Of a stretch of DNA of 64,000 nucleotides, positions 37,386 through 46,485 are shown piece after piece; the stretch's first letter is position 1; every line of letters begins with the position of its first letter. The position numbers and the translations under genes were made by a program. The stretch is taken from assembly GCA_041662325.1 (NCBI GenBank), contig JBAZSU010000006.1, positions 183,161 to 247,160 of the forward strand. Reading direction: 5' to 3'. The notes below the pieces were generated by a model. It made no database searches. It saw nothing but the letters and a program-made list of their open reading frames with translations, and was not told the DNA's origin. This DNA is from Sulfurimonas sp. Lineage in GTDB: Bacteria; Campylobacterota; Campylobacteria; Campylobacterales; Sulfurimonadaceae.

Positions 37386-37520
37386 TCAAATAATTACGAA
37401 TATCGTAGCAAAAAAAACGGGAGTGACAAAATATATGACTATTTCCATATACCAAACCATCCAATGCTCCGCCTCAAGTAACTCTTCTACAGCCTCATCC
37501 GAGAGATGTTCTATCTCCAA
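37386..37520 (-). CDS. Possible small tail-anchored membrane peptide (unannotated, under 60 aa)
   Basis: An open frame on the minus strand reads (TTG) EIEHLSDEAVEELLEAEHWMVWYMEIVIYFVTPVFFATIFVII-stop: an acidic N terminus and a hydrophobic C terminus. The first ATG is at 37460. It could also be a gene remnant. Confidence 0.25.
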   Translation of the reverse strand: MEIEHLSDEAVEELLEAEHWMVWYMEIVIYFVTPVFFATIFVII

Positions 37521-37656
37521 AATTTCGCCGCTTGCTACGAGTGCTATTCAAAAATCTTTAAAATTTTATCTACTCATGAATGCGTTTGCATGAAGCACGT
37601 AAACCAGTCTTTTAACATAATTCAAGTATAATTATAAAAACAAAAAAGGCTTCTCC

Positions 37657-38568
37657 ATGGCAAAATACCCTACGCTTTTAGAACAGTTCCGCTCATTTTA
37701 TTATCAAAATAACCCTAAAGACCTCGAAGAGGCGATTGAATATTTTTCTATTTTTGGCGGAATGGGATGGGATGTTGATACATCGGTACCGCCGATTAAC
37801 CTCATCGAAAGTAAGCTTTTGAAAAACTACACCTACATTCATGGTGACATTACCAAGGTTACAAAGAGCGACAAAGCAAGCCATGCGCTTCTTAGCGGTG
37901 TGGCTTCGGGAGACCGCCGTACGCACTCTGCCTTTAAGAGAGCTCGCATCACAAAAGCTGAGGGGGAGAGTGTAATTGACTCCCTCTGTGCGATGGGATT
38001 TATGAGTATTGAAAAGTCACTAGAAACTCCTCCAAACGGCGAAGAGATAGCAGACAAACTTAACTTCTCCGTACCTTTTATGCGTTTTTGGTTTGCCTTT
38101 ATCTCACCCTATTTTAAGAGCATTAAAGAGGGAGATTTTAAAGAGGTTAAAGAAAAATTTGCCAACCGTGAGAGCGGATTTTCTAATCTTATTTTTGAGA
38201 GACTTTCAAAAGAGCTGCTCAAAAAAAGCTTCAAGGAAGACCGCATTGTTGAGATTGGAAGCTATTGGGACAGAGATGTCGAGATAGATATTTTGGCAAA
38301 AACAAAGTCTGGCAAAATCGTAGCAGGAGCCTGCAAATACTCAAACTCTAAAGCAAACAAAAGCGACCTCACAAAACTCAAAGAGAAGTGTGAGGCAGCC
38401 GAGCTTACTCCCGATATTTTTGTACTCTTTTCTAAAAGCGGTTTTTCAAACGAGCTTAAAAATGAGAAGGGAGAGGAGCTGAAACTCTATGCGCTCAAAA
38501 ACTTCAAAACGCTTGTAGAAGATTTAAGCGAAAAAGATTTTATAGATTGCATCGGAAAGAGATACTAA
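37657..38568 (+). CDS. DUF234 domain protein lacking the usual N-terminal ATPase
   Basis: 303 aa. The C-terminal ..IGSYWDRDVEIDILAKTKSGKIVAGACKYSN.. is the DUF234 (restriction-endonuclease-like) signature. No Walker A motif is present anywhere in the ORF. Confidence 0.65.
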   Translation: MAKYPTLLEQFRSFYYQNNPKDLEEAIEYFSIFGGMGWDVDTSVPPINLIESKLLKNYTYIHGDITKVTKSDKASHALLSGVASGDRRTHSAFKRARITKAEGESVIDSLCAMGFMSIEKSLETPPNGEEIADKLNFSVPFMRFWFAFISPYFKSIKEGDFKEVKEKFANRESGFSNLIFERLSKELLKKSFKEDRIVEIGSYWDRDVEIDILAKTKSGKIVAGACKYSNSKANKSDLTKLKEKCEAAELTPDIFVLFSKSGFSNELKNEKGEELKLYALKNFKTLVEDLSEKDFIDCIGKRY

Positions 38569-38573
38569 AAACT

Positions 38574-38930
38574 ATGACTTTAGCACAAAAAGATGAGCTG
38601 AAAAAGAAAATTTCAGAAGATTTGGACTCCCTTGAGCGTGAAGTAATTGAGCTTGAAGAGAAGACGAAGCCTATAATTCCGGACTGCTGCATCGGGAGTG
38701 ATGAGCGCTTCGAGATGATGAGCGAACAAGAGGTTTTTGAACGCATCCTGCATGAAGCAAAAATACGAATCACAAAACTAAAATATAGCATAAACAGAAT
38801 AGACAGAGAAGAGTACGGAATATGCTTAGAATGCGAAGAGGATATTCCCTATCAACGCCTTCTTATACTTCCGGAATCAAGTTACTGCACTCAGTGTGCC
38901 TCCAATTTACAAAAGAAGAGATATGAATAA
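38574..38930 (+). CDS. DksA/TraR-family C4 zinc-finger protein
   Basis: About 118 aa from Met MTLAQKDEL.., with a coiled-coil N-terminal half and a C-terminal CxxC-N17-CxxC finger (CLECEEDI..YCTQCA). Confidence 0.8.
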   Translation: MTLAQKDELKKKISEDLDSLEREVIELEEKTKPIIPDCCIGSDERFEMMSEQEVFERILHEAKIRITKLKYSINRIDREEYGICLECEEDIPYQRLLILPESSYCTQCASNLQKKRYE

Positions 38931-41034
38931 TTTAACAGACCTATTAGTAAAAAAAACAGCCCTTAAGAAAGAGTATATAGAAAATATTTTAAAGCTTTTA
39001 GAAGAGGGTTCGACCATTCCATTCATAGCCCGTTACCGCAAAGAGATGACAGGTGGAGCGGACGATGAAGTGCTTCGTGATTTTGAGACTATTTACATGA
39101 GCTCTAAAAAACTTTTAGAACGCAAAGAGGAAGTTTTAAGACTTATCTCAGAGAGAGCAACCCTCAGTGAGGCAATCAAAAAGAGCATAGAAGAAGCGGA
39201 GAGTTTGAGAGCTTTAGAGGATATTTACCGTCCATATAAAGAGAAAAAAAGTTCCCGTGCGGCAACTGCCATAGAAAACGGTTTAACTCCTCTCGCCGAT
39301 ACTTTAGAGAGTGCGAAACTCTCACTTCAAGAGCTGCTTTTACATGCGAAGAGTTTTGTAAAAGGTGGTGTGACTTCAGCGGATGAGGCAATAAAAGGGG
39401 CGCAGGATATTTTGGCGGAGAGATACGCCGACCTGCCAAAAGAGCGTGAAGCTTTGCGAAATACGATGATGCGCCATGGAGTGCTGGAGATAAAAAGAAC
39501 AAAAACCTTTGATGAGAACGGAACTTTCAAAAACTTCGGTGCCAAAGATGCAAAGAGTGAAAAAGTTGCTTACATGCCTTCCCACCGTTACTTAGCCATC
39601 ATGCGCGGAGTAAAAGAGAAAGAGCTCTCTGTAAAAATAACTATTGATACGGAGTATGTGGAAGAGAACATCAAGCAGTATAAAATTCCGCGTAACGCCT
39701 CAAGCTCAAAAGAGCTTCTTTTTGAAGCATACAAAGATGGACTGAAGCGGCTTCTGCTTCCATCAATAGAGAGAGAAGTTCAAGCGGAGCTCAAAGAGAA
39801 AGCCGACATCTCTGCAATCGCTGTTTTTGGAAAAAATCTCAACCAGCTTCTCATGACTCCTCCCGTCACAAAAAGAGTTCTTCTGGGTGTCGACCCTGCT
39901 TTTAGATCCGGATGTAAACTGGCTGTGATTGATGAAAACGGCAACTATCTGGAATCTGCAGTAATCTACCCGACAGAGCCGCAAAAAGATTATGAAAACT
40001 CTAAAAAGAAGATTCTGCAACTCGTGGGCAAATATAACATTACAGGTATTGCCATAGGAAACGGAACAGGCTCAAGAGAGACGCAGGAGTTTTTTGCCCG
40101 TATCAACAAAGAAGAGGGTGCAAAACTCAACTACACCGTTGTTTCAGAGGCGGGTGCTTCGGTCTATTCCGCTTCCAAAATCGCATCCGAGGAGTATCCG
40201 AACCTTGATGTGACAATCAGAGGTGCAATATCAATCGCTGCGAGACTCAGAGACCCGATGGCGGCACTTGTGAAGATTGACCCGAAATCTCTTGGAATCG
40301 GGCAGTACCAGCATGATGTTGACCAAAAACTTCTAGAGAAAAAACTGACGGATGTTACGCAAGACCTCGTAAATCGCGTAGGCGTTGACATAAACTCCGC
40401 CTCCGCTTCGCTTCTCTCCTATGTTGCCGGAGTGGGTGCAAAAGTGGCTCAAAATATTATCGCACATAGAGAGACCAACGGCAACTTTATAAGCAAAGAA
40501 CAGCTTCTAAAAGTAAAAGGTTTGGGCAAAAAAGCGTATGAGCAGGCAGCGGGATTTATCCGCATTAAAGATGGCAAAAGCATCTTTGACAACAGCGGAA
40601 TCCACCCTGAGAGTTACGAAATAGCAAAAAAACTTGAGGGCATAGATTTGGCAACTCTGAATGTTGAAGAAAAAGCAGGGGCTTGGCATGTGGGAGTTGA
40701 AACGCTCAAAGATATTGTAAAAGAGCTGAAAAAACCGGGATTTGACCCAAGAGAGGAGCTTCCTGCAATTCCGTTTAAAGATGGCATCACGGACATAAAA
40801 ATGTTGAGTGTAGGCAGTTTTGTCTCCGGCGTTGTACGAAATATTGCAGATTTTGGAGCTTTTGTGGATATAGGGCTGAAAAATGACGGGATGATACATA
40901 TCTCAAAGATGAGTGCTTCGCGCATCTCTCACCCGCTTGAAGTGCTCTCGCTCAACCAATATCTACCTCAAATAGAGGTTATCTCTATCGATAATGAAAA
41001 AGGTAAAGTCGGCTTAAGTCTCGTTGAGAGCTAA
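38923..41034 (+). CDS. tex: Tex-like transcription accessory protein (S1 domain)
   Basis: About 703 aa from MNNLTDLL.. It shows an N-terminal Tex motif (TIPFIARYRKE.TGG), a YqgF-like region (LGVDPAFRSGCKLAV), HhH motifs and a C-terminal S1 domain (G.VRNI.DFGAFVDIG...DGMIHISK). Confidence 0.9.
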   Translation: MNNLTDLLVKKTALKKEYIENILKLLEEGSTIPFIARYRKEMTGGADDEVLRDFETIYMSSKKLLERKEEVLRLISERATLSEAIKKSIEEAESLRALEDIYRPYKEKKSSRAATAIENGLTPLADTLESAKLSLQELLLHAKSFVKGGVTSADEAIKGAQDILAERYADLPKEREALRNTMMRHGVLEIKRTKTFDENGTFKNFGAKDAKSEKVAYMPSHRYLAIMRGVKEKELSVKITIDTEYVEENIKQYKIPRNASSSKELLFEAYKDGLKRLLLPSIEREVQAELKEKADISAIAVFGKNLNQLLMTPPVTKRVLLGVDPAFRSGCKLAVIDENGNYLESAVIYPTEPQKDYENSKKKILQLVGKYNITGIAIGNGTGSRETQEFFARINKEEGAKLNYTVVSEAGASVYSASKIASEEYPNLDVTIRGAISIAARLRDPMAALVKIDPKSLGIGQYQHDVDQKLLEKKLTDVTQDLVNRVGVDINSASASLLSYVAGVGAKVAQNIIAHRETNGNFISKEQLLKVKGLGKKAYEQAAGFIRIKDGKSIFDNSGIHPESYEIAKKLEGIDLATLNVEEKAGAWHVGVETLKDIVKELKKPGFDPREELPAIPFKDGITDIKMLSVGSFVSGVVRNIADFGAFVDIGLKNDGMIHISKMSASRISHPLEVLSLNQYLPQIEVISIDNEKGKVGLSLVES

Positions 41035-41103
41035 TTTATATTTTTTAAAAAATAACTCTATGGTATGATATGAGTTACATGATACAAAAAAAAGTTTAGG
41101 AGA

Positions 41104-42441
41104 GTGAGCATCTTGTTTAATTGTGCTGATGTTAAAATCCAAAGTGAGCATTGTTCTAATATAAATAGCATATTGGTCATTGAAAGCTCTGCCCTCCTTC
41201 GAGATAATATAAAAAAGAGTATAAGAGACAGAATAGAGATTTCTTGCGACACGGCAGACACTGAAAAAGAGGCGATGGAGCTGCTCCTAAAAAACAGGTA
41301 TGATTTAATTATTGCAGACCTTCATCTTTCCGATAGCGGCGGAAACTTAATAGCTTATCTGGTTCGTGAAAATCATCGTATTATTGTAATCACAGCCTCA
41401 GAAAACGAAGAAAATCGTGAAAAACTTGTCTCCTTGCAAATAGTTGACTATCTTTATAAAACCGATGAGAGAAGCATAATTAGCTATCTAATAAACTCCA
41501 TCATTAGACTTCAGGCGAACGCAAATGCAACCGTAATAATCTGTGATGATTCTAAAACTTCCAGAGTGCTGATTAAGCAAGAGGTAGTGAGCCAAAACCT
41601 TGCTTATATTGAGCTGGAGGATGGGCAGCAGGCTTATGAATGTATCATAAACAAGGGTCTAAAAATAGATTTGCTCATCACGGATGTTATCATGCCAAAC
41701 ATGGACGGAATCAATCTTATTCGCCACATACGACACAGATATAATGCAAGCGAGCTCCCTATTTTGGCGCTCTCCGGTTCTAATAAGCACTCCCTCGTTG
41801 CACAGCTCCTAAAAACAGGAGCAAATGATTATGTTGACAAACCCATAAAAAACGAAGAGTTTTTAACGCGGATGAATATGCTGCTAGACCACTCCAGACT
41901 CTTTAAACAAAATAAAGAGCTCATAGAAGAGTTACAAACAACTGCAACTACGGATTTTCTCACAAAACTTTACAACAGAAACTACTTCTACTCAACTATT
42001 AAGATTATTCAAGCTCAGGCAAAAAGACACAATCAACCCTATGGAATTGTAATGGGAGATATTGATTTTTTCAAAAAAGTGAATGATAGCTATGGACATG
42101 AGGTTGGTGACATAGCACTTAAATCTGTAGCAACAATTATAAAAGAGAGTGCAAGAGAGTCCGATATAGCTTGCAGATGGGGCGGAGAAGAGTTTTTGAT
42201 TCTTGTGCCTAATACAAACATTGAAGAGTTGGTACATTTTACTCAAAGAATTAGAAAAATTATTGAGAGCATTCCTGTAATAGTCGGAGATTCTGATTTA
42301 GTATTTAATGTAGCCGCCTCTTTTGGCATTGCTTTGTCAAATAAAGAAAATTGCGAAAATGTTGAAGAGATAATAGATGAAGCCGACCAAAAACTCTACA
42401 AAGCAAAAGCATCCGGCAGAAACTGCGTAGTTTTTAACTAA
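41104..42441 (+). CDS. REC-REC-GGDEF response regulator / diguanylate cyclase
   Basis: 445 aa: a first receiver with an atypical acidic pocket (VIESS), a second canonical receiver (VIICDDS .. ITDVIMPNMDG .. DKP), and a GGDEF domain with RWGGEEF. The start codon is uncertain (GTG 41104 or TTG 41113). Confidence 0.85.
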   Translation: MSILFNCADVKIQSEHCSNINSILVIESSALLRDNIKKSIRDRIEISCDTADTEKEAMELLLKNRYDLIIADLHLSDSGGNLIAYLVRENHRIIVITASENEENREKLVSLQIVDYLYKTDERSIISYLINSIIRLQANANATVIICDDSKTSRVLIKQEVVSQNLAYIELEDGQQAYECIINKGLKIDLLITDVIMPNMDGINLIRHIRHRYNASELPILALSGSNKHSLVAQLLKTGANDYVDKPIKNEEFLTRMNMLLDHSRLFKQNKELIEELQTTATTDFLTKLYNRNYFYSTIKIIQAQAKRHNQPYGIVMGDIDFFKKVNDSYGHEVGDIALKSVATIIKESARESDIACRWGGEEFLILVPNTNIEELVHFTQRIRKIIESIPVIVGDSDLVFNVAASFGIALSNKENCENVEEIIDEADQKLYKAKASGRNCVVFN

Positions 42442-42447
42442 ATTACG

Positions 42448-42542
42448 CACTAAAACGAGCAAGTCCGTTTTAGTGGCAGGGACAAATTGTCCCTACAACC
42501 CCCTAAAGCTACGAAAAACTTTGTTTTTCGAGAATTACAAGG
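42448..42542 (+). repeat. Copy B of the ~94-nt three-hairpin intergenic element
   Basis: It starts 7 nt after the GGDEF gene stop. The 3' 48 nt differ from copy A at a single loop position. The 5' hairpin stems are identical, with 3 loop substitutions. The central hairpin is agggaca-aat-tgtccct. Confidence 0.8.
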
Positions 42543-42595
42543 CGCATAGCATCCGTGATATAATACGAAAATTTTAAATCCACAAGAAGATTCAG

Positions 42596-44431
42596 ATGAT
42601 ACAACTTATTAATATTTCTAAAAGCTTTACCTCGCAAGAGCTTTTTTCTGACCTCAACTTTAAGCTGAACTCTGGCAATAAGATAGGTTTGGTTGGAAGA
42701 AACGGAAGCGGAAAGTCAACACTTTTTAAACTGATTTTGGGTGAAGACACCCCCGATAGCGGTGAAATAATAATACCAAAAGGGTATAAAATCGGAGCGC
42801 TTAAACAGCACCTTGAGTTCAGTGAGCCGACACTTAGAGAAGAAGCCGCTTTGGCTTTGGCGGAGGACGATAAGTTTAGCCTCTATAAAGTGGAAAAGAT
42901 TCTTTTTGGTTTAGGGTTTACACATGAGGATTTAGAAAAAAATCCGCTCTCATTCTCCGGCGGCTATCAGATACGGATAAACCTTGCAAAGCTTCTTGTA
43001 ACTGAACCAAACCTCCTTCTTTTGGATGAGCCTACCAACTACCTTGACATTGTCTCTCTTCGCTGGCTTAGGGCTTTTTTGAAGGCCTTTGAAGGAGAGA
43101 TTATTTTAGTGACCCATGACAGGGACTTCATGGACAGCATCACAACCCACACCATGGGAATCATCCGCAAATCTCTTAGCCTGATTCAAGGCGACACACA
43201 TAAATTTTATGCCCAGCTCAAAGCAAATGAGGAACTTTACGAGAAGCAAAAAATATCTCAGGACAAGAAGGTAAAAGAGCTTGAGGAGTTTATAGCCAAA
43301 AATAAAGCCCGAGCTTCCACGGCAGCTCTTGCCCAGTCAAAAGTAAAACAGCTAGAGAAAATGGATTTACTGGAAGATTTAGGCTTTGACTCGACTCTGA
43401 AGTTTGATTTTAACTTCAAAGACACTCCTGCAAAAGTTCTGCTTGAGGTCAAAGATTTAAGCTTCGGTTATACACCCGAAAATATTTTGTTTAAAAACAT
43501 CTCATTTGCTCTTGAAAAAGGAGAGTGTTTAGGAATCATCGGAAAAAACGGTAAAGGAAAATCGACTCTTTTAAATACGATTGCCGGAGAGTTAAAGCCG
43601 CTCAGCGGAGAGGTGAAATTTCACACTACAACTGCATACGCCCACTTCGGACAAACAAATATTTCCCATCTCAACCCAAAAAATACGGTCATGGATGAAA
43701 TTTATGTGGGAAATCCTAACCTCTCGGAGTCCAATGTAAGAAGCATCTGCGGCGGCATGATGTTTAGCGGCGAGAGTGCAAAAAAGAAAATTTCACTTCT
43801 CTCAGGAGGCGAAAAAAGCCGTGTCATGCTAGGGCAGATTTTGGCTCGCAATGTCAATCTACTCTTTTTGGATGAACCTACAAACCACCTCGACATGGAC
43901 TCCATAGAGGCTCTGACAGTTGCAATCCAAAATTTCAAAGGCTCGGTTATCATTGTAACCCACTCCGAGGAGCTGCTCCGAAGAGTTTGCGATAGGCTGA
44001 TAATCTTCGCAAAAGAGGGAGCTGAATATTTTGACGGCGGATATGATCTCTTTTTAGAAAAAATAGGCTGGGAAGAGGAAGAAGCAGAAGAGAAGGTAAA
44101 ATCTGTTCCAAAAGGGAACAGACAGGAGAATAAAAAGCTAAGAGCTTCTCTTGTTCAAGAGCGAAGTAAAGCAACCTCCTCCCTTAAAAAAGAGGTTGAA
44201 AAACTGGAGAAGTTCATCATTGAGAGTGAGGAGATGCTGGAGATTTATCATGCAGATTTAATACAGGCTTCAAATAAATCGGACAACTCCAAAATTATGG
44301 AAATTTCACAGCTTATTGCAAAGTCGGAGAAAGAGATAGAGAGCAAGTTTGAACTTTTAGAGATTACTCAAAACAAGCTAGATGAGATTTTAGAGAGTTA
44401 TGATAAAAAATTAGAGGAGCTTGAGGGCTAG
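42596..44431 (+). CDS. ABC-F family ATPase (two ABC domains, no TM domain)
   Basis: 611 aa with duplicated Walker A (GRNGSGKST, GKNGKGKST), signature (FSGGYQ, LSGGEKSR) and Walker B (LLLDEPTN, LFLDEPTN) motifs, an inter-domain linker, and a C-terminal coiled coil. Confidence 0.85.
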   Translation: MIQLINISKSFTSQELFSDLNFKLNSGNKIGLVGRNGSGKSTLFKLILGEDTPDSGEIIIPKGYKIGALKQHLEFSEPTLREEAALALAEDDKFSLYKVEKILFGLGFTHEDLEKNPLSFSGGYQIRINLAKLLVTEPNLLLLDEPTNYLDIVSLRWLRAFLKAFEGEIILVTHDRDFMDSITTHTMGIIRKSLSLIQGDTHKFYAQLKANEELYEKQKISQDKKVKELEEFIAKNKARASTAALAQSKVKQLEKMDLLEDLGFDSTLKFDFNFKDTPAKVLLEVKDLSFGYTPENILFKNISFALEKGECLGIIGKNGKGKSTLLNTIAGELKPLSGEVKFHTTTAYAHFGQTNISHLNPKNTVMDEIYVGNPNLSESNVRSICGGMMFSGESAKKKISLLSGGEKSRVMLGQILARNVNLLFLDEPTNHLDMDSIEALTVAIQNFKGSVIIVTHSEELLRRVCDRLIIFAKEGAEYFDGGYDLFLEKIGWEEEEAEEKVKSVPKGNRQENKKLRASLVQERSKATSSLKKEVEKLEKFIIESEEMLEIYHADLIQASNKSDNSKIMEISQLIAKSEKEIESKFELLEITQNKLDEILESYDKKLEELEG

Positions 44432-44461
44432 AAACTGCTCCATCTTTAGTATTATAAATTT

Positions 44462-44575
44462 CTATTCAATAATCATTTTTGCAATAAAAAGCCTGATTCC
44501 TGTTCCGCCATGTTTGTCTGTTATATAACTCTCAAAAGCGGTAAAAAATGTTTCATAATCTGGGTTCCTTTTATT
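44462..44575 (-). pseudogene. Relic of a histidine-kinase ATP-binding domain
   Basis: The minus strand reads ..NPDYETFFTAFESYITDKHGGTGIRLFIAKMIIE-stop: a G2-box region (GGTG.GL..AK.IIE) with no start codon and no upstream kinase domains. It lies immediately downstream of the intact kinase gene, in a different frame. Confidence 0.45.
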
Positions 44576-44589
44576 TATATTTTTTAGTT

Positions 44590-46485
44590 TTAATGACTAA
44601 TATATGGCTGTTTGAGTGTCATGGTAAATAGTGCCCCATACGTGTCGTTGGTAACATTTATCGATCCATTCAGCCGTTCATTAATCAGTTTTTTTGCTAA
44701 AGGGAGACCAATTCCACACCCGTTCTCCCCTTTAGTCGTGTAGGGAGATGTAAATATTTTAGTGATTACTTTAGGATCGATGCCGCTTCCGTTATCACCG
44801 AAGCAAATTTCTACGGTATCATCCGTTTTTGTTACGGTAATGGTGATTACAGGACAGTTGATTGCGGCATAGGTAAGCTGATAGATACTGTTGTCAAACA
44901 ATATCATCAAAATATTGGCAAAAGCATGTTTCGCCCCCGATACTATAATATTTTCAGGACAATTCATAACAACGTCTATATGATAGAGGATTAGATTGTC
45001 TCGCTGAAGTTTGCACGCCATGTCGATCTGTTTTTTGAGATTGAAGCTATTCTGATGATCACTGTTGCTGTAAAAATCGTACAGATCATCGACCATACCT
45101 TTCATATAGACTAAAGCAGTATTCATTTTTTCGATGTTGGAGCCGAATTCGGCTAACAGCGTATCATGTTTTTTGAGGCGGTAGAGGCTTTCAAAATACA
45201 TCAGGTACGAGCTCAGTTGCGATATGGGTTCTTTCCACTGATGAGTGACGTTCCCAATTGTTTTTCCGACCGATACGAATTTTTCCTCTTCAATCAGGAG
45301 ACTGCTTTTCAGATCGTTATCGGATTTGATTTGCGCAACACGTTGTGCAAGCGCCATGGACAACAAAATCATTTCAATGAGAACGGCAAAGGGGACAATG
45401 ATGTACGCCGGTAAAGCAAATGAGCTGGAATAACCGCCGGTGCCAAGTGCAACATATACTACAGCCAACATATAGAGTCCTTCGCCGATAAGAAAATAGA
45501 ATGCACCCACATATTTTTTAGTAAGGGCATAGAGATTGACGAGGATAATAAAAAAGCCTGTGATCAACGGTATAGGTATAAAATAGGCTGTGTACAGGAG
45601 TAGGCTCGGATTGATTAACTGATAAACCATAAGTAAAAAAATGACGAAATTGACCGATCCAAAAAAAATCAACGCAGAGAATATTTTTTTGTTTCTATCA
45701 TGGAATTTGAAAAAGGTGATCGTCAACAAAACAAAAAAGACGGTCGTTAAAAAAGGGCTTATCCACGTGCTGATCATGATGAAATAGAAATTTATACCGA
45801 TGTCTAAAAAGTAAAACATCCCGTTAATTGAATATTGATACCATATCAGAGTTATCCCATGTAAAATATACATCAGATAAACCGGCTCCTTTAAACTCAG
45901 AAACATCGACATGTTGTAAATGACGAGAGCGAGCATTACTCCGCCGAAGAATGCATAGAGGGAGATCTCCATGATAGTGCTGTAGGAGTATTTTTGTGGC
46001 GTTAATATTTCCCACTCCAGATTCATAGCACCTAAGGATTCGAAGCGTGTAATGACGTTTACCTCTTCGCCCGGATTGAGGCTTAATTCAAATACGCTTT
46101 TAGTGGAGGCGATGGAATGAAATTTTTGATTCCGTAAACCTCCTAATGCGTACGAAGCTTTGATGGTTTTTCCTTGATAAATAGTAGCATCAATGTTGGT
46201 TCCCGTCCTAGGATTTCTAAAAAATAAATTTTGCGGTTTGTCGGAGCCGTTTTTTACCGTTACTTTTGTCCAAAATACGGAGCGGGTGTAACTTGTAAAA
46301 TATTTGGAATATGTCGAGGCATATCTCCCTTCCAGTACATCTTGGGAGGTGAGGGTAGCGTTAGCATCTTCGATTGCTATTTGATACGTACGGGTCATAA
46401 TGGGGGCGAAATTTTCATGCAAGACGATAGGGTCGGCTGCTAGACGCAGAGAGAGTAGAAATAAAAACAGAATTACTGTTTTCAT
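44590..46485 (-). CDS. 7TMR-DISM-type sensor histidine kinase
   Basis: 631 aa: signal peptide, extracellular DISMED2-like domain, seven TM helices (about 175-385), H-box THQWKEPIS, and HATPase domain (..DNGSGI.. GCGIGL..). The ATG overlaps the regulator stop (ATGA). Confidence 0.8.
   Translation of the reverse strand: MKTVILFLFLLSLRLAADPIVLHENFAPIMTRTYQIAIEDANATLTSQDVLEGRYASTYSKYFTSYTRSVFWTKVTVKNGSDKPQNLFFRNPRTGTNIDATIYQGKTIKASYALGGLRNQKFHSIASTKSVFELSLNPGEEVNVITRFESLGAMNLEWEILTPQKYSYSTIMEISLYAFFGGVMLALVIYNMSMFLSLKEPVYLMYILHGITLIWYQYSINGMFYFLDIGINFYFIMISTWISPFLTTVFFVLLTITFFKFHDRNKKIFSALIFFGSVNFVIFLLMVYQLINPSLLLYTAYFIPIPLITGFFIILVNLYALTKKYVGAFYFLIGEGLYMLAVVYVALGTGGYSSSFALPAYIIVPFAVLIEMILLSMALAQRVAQIKSDNDLKSSLLIEEEKFVSVGKTIGNVTHQWKEPISQLSSYLMYFESLYRLKKHDTLLAEFGSNIEKMNTALVYMKGMVDDLYDFYSNSDHQNSFNLKKQIDMACKLQRDNLILYHIDVVMNCPENIIVSGAKHAFANILMILFDNSIYQLTYAAINCPVITITVTKTDDTVEICFGDNGSGIDPKVITKIFTSPYTTKGENGCGIGLPLAKKLINERLNGSINVTNDTYGALFTMTLKQPYISH

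Noticed and set aside
38896-38922. Upstream Met (MPPIYKRRD..) as the tex start
   Set aside because: It lies inside the dksA-like coding region. The MNNLTDLL start at 38923 matches typical Tex N termini.
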